This document shows, one piece after another, positions 60,537 to 64,000 of a stretch of 64,000 nt of DNA. The notes under the pieces are model-generated. The model searched no databases. It worked only from the letters and a program-made list of their open reading frames with translations, and was not told the origin of the DNA. Position 1 is the stretch's first letter; every line of letters begins with the position of its first letter. This stretch comes from Candidatus Multivorans sp. (lineage in GTDB: Bacteria; Acidobacteriota; Thermoanaerobaculia; Multivoradales; Multivoraceae), in the NCBI GenBank assembly GCA_965247095.1, contig OZ251997.1, positions 4,096,001 through 4,160,000 of the forward strand, given 5' to 3'. Position numbers and translations under genes: made by a program.

Positions 60537-60810
60537 TTGGGCCGCCTGCTTCTCGACTCGACCGTGCCCATTGAGGTCCTGCGCGGCCGGCCGGCGGCCG
60601 CGCAGGTGGCGTCCCTCCGGCGCGCCGGAACGGAGCCCTGGGTATGCGTCGTCTCGGTGGATGAAGTGTGGCGCGGGATTCGGCCGGGCGAGGAACTGGT
60701 GGCAAGGAGGCTGTTCAGGGGCCTTTGTCTTGCTCCGTTGGGGAAGGCGCAAGGCATGATGGCCGGACGCTGGCGCCGGGAGTTCGCCGAGAGATCCATC
60801 CTCAGCAAGT
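60537..60810 (+). pseudogene. Truncated VapC/PIN toxin
   Basis: LLLDSTV, SVDEVWRG, AGRWRREF; no C-terminal D..IAA.A/T.N..DF motifs; the ORF then reads antisense into the next gene up to 61010. Confidence 0.65.
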
Positions 60811-60874
60811 CCTTCCTCCGATCGCGTTGGTCTCCTGTACAAGACCAAGCTACCGGCCAAGGGCCGAGGGTGGA

Positions 60875-61144
60875 TCACTTTCCCCGCGATGAGTGGCTCA
60901 GTTTCCGAGCGATGCCTCCATGGAAGCCGTCTGCGCTCTTCGGCTTCTCCGAAGACAGTCCCAGGGAAGCGAAGGTGGCGGCCAGCATCAGGACGAGACA
61001 AGCCGCGTAGGCCATCGCCGCCGCGGAGGTGCGGATCGCTTCGAGGGTGAGTACATCCCCCATGAGGGCCGCCATGCCGAGCAGGACGACCAGCGCGAAC
61101 CTGGTCCAGGGAGCGGACTCGTGGTGCTCGTTGGCGGACTTCAT
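60875..61144 (-). CDS. Short (2-TM) member of the membrane paralogue family, probably truncated
   Basis: HHESAPWTRFA...LTLEAIRTSAAAMAYAA matches copy 1 KHDESKPSARFA...LSIEALRTSTVSMAYAA. Confidence 0.6.
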   Translation of the reverse strand: MKSANEHHESAPWTRFALVVLLGMAALMGDVLTLEAIRTSAAAMAYAACLVLMLAATFASLGLSSEKPKSADGFHGGIARKLSHSSRGK

Positions 61145-61875
61145 GACGTCGATTCCGACTTGCGGCGGGAGCTCTGAATCAAGGAGACAATCGCGATGAT
61201 GACTAGTGCGGCCCCCATGACGTAGAAGATCCAGGCCACGATCGAAGACGGTTCTTCGTCGATGCGCACGACTCCTGCGTGAGCGCCCGAGAGCAACAGA
61301 AAGGCGAAGAGCGGCACCCGGAATCCGCGGTCGGAAAGGGGCCCTGTCCGCGGCCACTCGGCCCCAGGCCTGCCAGGTGCGCCCAGGCGCGCGCTGCCGT
61401 CCCGGCGGGCTCGATTCCCAAGCCACTGGATCGCTCCCGCGAGCGCGACGAGAACGAGCGAGGCCAGGAACCACCTCGCCCTGGTCGACTCTGGCGGCTC
61501 GGCTACCAGATTGGAGACGAATCCCATCCCAGCGAGGAGCATGCAGGAGACCGCCGGAACCTCGTACCAGGGCTCACTGAACAGGCCGTACCCGCGCCTT
61601 GCGGAGACTGCATTCGGGTCTGCTGCAGTGGGCGCCGGTTCGTTCGTGAAGTTCCTCCAGAAGAGCACCAGGGAACCGGCCATGACGAGGAGCGCTCCAA
61701 GGTACGCCGTTGTCACGACCGATGTGCCTGGATTCTCGAAAGAGAGCAGGTCCGCGTACGCGGCCCGGTTGAAGAGGACCAGGATCAGGAGAGCGCGTCC
61801 CATCAGGCCGAGTGCGCGGTTCTTCTCTGGGCCTTCATCGACCCTGCTGCGATCTGCGTCGATCAAGTCGGTCAC
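61141..61875 (-). CDS. Hypothetical 6-TM membrane protein (paralogue family, copy 3)
   Basis: LFSEPWYEVPA, LVAEPPESTRARWFLASL, IDEEPSS align with copy 1; start uncertain. Confidence 0.7.
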   Translation of the reverse strand: MTDLIDADRSRVDEGPEKNRALGLMGRALLILVLFNRAAYADLLSFENPGTSVVTTAYLGALLVMAGSLVLFWRNFTNEPAPTAADPNAVSARRGYGLFSEPWYEVPAVSCMLLAGMGFVSNLVAEPPESTRARWFLASLVLVALAGAIQWLGNRARRDGSARLGAPGRPGAEWPRTGPLSDRGFRVPLFAFLLLSGAHAGVVRIDEEPSSIVAWIFYVMGAALVIIAIVSLIQSSRRKSESTS

Positions 61876-61916
61876 CGCGAACGGGTTGAGTGGCTCGGAG
61901 CTTCCACGTAGAAAGA

Positions 61917-62840
61917 CTACTTGCCGCCCGTATCTCGGGGCGACCCCCGAAACACCTCCCGGCGGTGCCAATCGATGAAGTCGGCGTTGGGACGCTGCTC
62001 GGCGCGTTGAGGGTGCCGGATCGGCCGACCGCTGCAATCCAGGAGTTGCCGGAAGGCTCGGCTCTGGCCGTTCACGGCGTCGGACACAAGCAGCCGGAAG
62101 CCATGGGCCGCACGTTCGAGACCGATCGCGCCGCGGTCGAAGGTCCGGTGGTGCAGGATGCAAAGCGCCAGCCCGTTGCGCACGTCGTCAGGTCCGCCGT
62201 AGGCGTGCCAACGGATGTGGGCCGCGTCAAGAGCTACCAAGTCGTCTTCGAGCCTGATGTCGAAGTCACAGACGGCGCATCGCCGCTCGTACGCTGTCAG
62301 GACGGCGTTGCGGAATTTCGGGTCGCGGGGCGTTCGTGCTCCTGACGAAACGCCCCTTTCGGCAGGTCGGGTTAGGCCGACGGCGCCGCGGATGGACTCG
62401 TGAAGCGAAGGTGCAAAGTGGCCATCAAGAAGCCTCTGCGAGGCTTGCGCGACGAGTTCCGGATCGTCGAGCAGGATCCGCTGGATCGGATCGGGGAAGC
62501 CGCCGCACGCTGCGTGGTCGATGAGCTTTCGATGGGTGACGCCGCCTCTGCCTCGGAGGGAAGCCAGCTCGGTGTCGGTGACGACCTCCCAGAGCCCGTC
62601 TCGAGACAACCGATCGAAGGGAGCTTCAGGATGGTGAACCGACCGAGGCGGACCGAAGTGTCGGAGCAGATCGGTCAGCGGTTTGCTGACGTCGGGGTCG
62701 TAGCGGGCTAGTCTCTTCTCGCCTCGTTGCAGCCGACCCAACGCAAGGAGCAGCAGTAGCGGTTTGTGCGGCGCTCGTTTGCCGTGCTGCTTCCAGGTGT
62801 TGATTTGGTCCAGAAGGCTGAGGAACTTTCCTTGATCCAT
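61917..62840 (-). CDS. HNH endonuclease with SBD-like N-terminal domain (putative modification-dependent restriction enzyme)
   Basis: KRAPHKPLLLL...PF.RL..DGLW; RDPKFRNAVLTAYERRCAVC, LDAAHIRW, NGLALCILHHRTFDRG; ATG 62840. Confidence 0.88.
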   Translation of the reverse strand: MDQGKFLSLLDQINTWKQHGKRAPHKPLLLLLALGRLQRGEKRLARYDPDVSKPLTDLLRHFGPPRSVHHPEAPFDRLSRDGLWEVVTDTELASLRGRGGVTHRKLIDHAACGGFPDPIQRILLDDPELVAQASQRLLDGHFAPSLHESIRGAVGLTRPAERGVSSGARTPRDPKFRNAVLTAYERRCAVCDFDIRLEDDLVALDAAHIRWHAYGGPDDVRNGLALCILHHRTFDRGAIGLERAAHGFRLLVSDAVNGQSRAFRQLLDCSGRPIRHPQRAEQRPNADFIDWHRREVFRGSPRDTGGK

Positions 62841-62899
62841 TTCTGCGTTGGTGGACGGTGTACGGCTGCCCACTCGAGAGAGACTGTAGGCGCTTGTGC

Positions 62900-63631
62900 C
62901 TACCGCCGCCGACACACAAACAGCTCGTACTCGCCCGGCTCGATCTCCGAATGGTCGCAGGGCACGGCCTCTGCCTCGAAGCCGACTTCGGCGAGCAGGC
63001 GCAGCCACTCGGCGCGGGGGAACAGAGCGGTGATGTGGCGGTCGTGCACGACCTCGACGCTGCCGTCGGCGGAGCGGAGCACGAACGCGTAGTCGGTGGT
63101 GATCGTGGTGTCCGTGGGGTCCGGGTCGAACGAGCACTCGAGGTAGTGGGCGCTCTTGTCTTCTCCGTCGCAACCGCCGCAGTCGGTGCTGGGCTGGTAG
63201 TTCTCGCGCAGGTGGTCGGGGGCGAAGAGGGCGGCGCCGCCGGGTCGGCAGTGGAGGTAGGCGGTTTCGATCGCGGCGCGCAGGTCCTCGAGCGTGGTCA
63301 TGTAGTCCACGGCGTCGTGGATGAAGACGCAGTCGAAGGTCTGGTCGAGGCGGACGGTGCGCATGTCGCCCTGGATGTGCCGGCATTCGGGATTGAGCTG
63401 CCGGCTCATGGCCAGCATCCCCGGTGAGAGGTCGACCAGGGTCATCTCGAAGTGCGCCTTGAGGTGGGAGGCGTTGTGGCCGCCGCCGCTGCCGAGTTCG
63501 AGGATGGTTTGAGGGCTGCCGTCGCAGGCTTCGACCAGGTGCCGGCGATAGATGCCGGCTTCTTCTTCGTACTCCTCGGGCGGTGAGATCAGGGGCCACC
63601 AGGGGGCGATCTCGTTGTAGAGCTTGGGCAT
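62900..63631 (-). CDS. Class I SAM-dependent methyltransferase
   Basis: ILELGSGGG, VDLSPGML, GDMR, FDCVF. Confidence 0.92.
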   Translation of the reverse strand: MPKLYNEIAPWWPLISPPEEYEEEAGIYRRHLVEACDGSPQTILELGSGGGHNASHLKAHFEMTLVDLSPGMLAMSRQLNPECRHIQGDMRTVRLDQTFDCVFIHDAVDYMTTLEDLRAAIETAYLHCRPGGAALFAPDHLRENYQPSTDCGGCDGEDKSAHYLECSFDPDPTDTTITTDYAFVLRSADGSVEVVHDRHITALFPRAEWLRLLAEVGFEAEAVPCDHSEIEPGEYELFVCRRR

Positions 63632-63650
63632 GGTGGCGGGGAGGATATGA

Positions 63651-63705
63651 GCTCGCCGCTTCGCGGCGTCGCGCGGATGCGGGCGAGACGCCCGCGCTCC
63701 CAGGG
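63651..63705 (-). repeat. REP-like unit
   Basis: Reverse of CCCTGGGAGCGCGGGCGTCTCGCCCGCATCCG...GCCGCGAAGCGGCGAG. Confidence 0.85.
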
Positions 63706-63715
63706 CAGCCCTTGG

Positions 63716-64000
63716 TCAGTGCGATGACGTGGAGGCGGCGATGATGGCGGGCATTGCAGCGGCCGCGGCCACAGCCGCTTGCGTGGCGGCGACGGCTTCC
63801 GCGGTGGCCTTGCCGACGACATCCCCCTTGGCGAGGCTCTTGAGGCGTTGCTTGCGAGATCGCAGCTCCTTGCGGCCGAAGATCGGGTTGAGCAGGCCCA
63901 CTGCCTTGGCCAGCGAGGCGAGGACGACGGTGCGGGGCTCGACTTCCCGATCGTTGCCGAAGATCGCCACGCGCAGGCGTTCGATGATCTCCTGCTCGGG
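63716..64000 (-). CDS. GPP34/GOLPH3-like protein, C-terminal part (runs off the right edge)
   Basis: IIERLRVAI...EPRTVVLASL...GLL...RLKSLA..D.VGKA...AVAA Ala-rich tail. Confidence 0.7.
   Translation of the reverse strand, partial: PEQEIIERLRVAIFGNDREVEPRTVVLASLAKAVGLLNPIFGRKELRSRKQRLKSLAKGDVVGKATAEAVAATQAAVAAAAAMPAIIAASTSSH

Noticed and set aside
61917-63599. 560-aa ORF suggesting a methyltransferase-HNH fusion or an R-M pair
   Set aside because: The N-terminal extension is an off-frame overlap of the methyltransferase gene. The nuclease starts at 62840, and the methyltransferase lacks DNA-MTase catalytic motifs such as DPPY/NPPY.
10035-63705. Recurrent palindromic repeats as a CRISPR array
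   Set aside because: Dispersed, no repeat-spacer periodicity, and no cas genes.

Overview
High-GC bacterial chromosomal window, most likely Acidobacteriota (two VWFA-related 'acidobacterial' proteins, AroD-AroE fusion, HisZ plus short HisG, ECF/FecR module); the taxon is inferred from gene content only. Order: TPR and M48 peptidase genes, TRAP transporter, Smr protein, large outer-membrane protein, recA, murB, wcaJ/GT4, yceD-rpmF-plsX-fabHDG-acpP-fabF, a decayed islet (internally deleted tyrosine recombinase plus orphan), then one 15.8-kb run of 16 tightly coupled ORFs merging aroDE, his and trp genes. After that come a Dph6-like/AraC fusion, two VWA paralogues, an ECF sigma/anti-sigma/ABC operon, arfB, and a small defence-like islet (membrane paralogues, broken vapBC, SBD-HNH nuclease). 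Main discovery candidate: directly upstream of the merged his+trp operon lies a short leader ORF ending ...KV-W-W-A-H-G-H-GKG*, followed by five mutually exclusive pairing segments, the last of which hides the Shine-Dalgarno of the first gene. This looks like one ribosome-stalling attenuator sensing both tryptophan and histidine. A REP/MITE-like palindromic family occurs at 9 loci, including in-frame inside trpC. No rRNA, tRNA or CRISPR array was seen. Protein assignments come from motif recognition by eye, and many start codons are best guesses.
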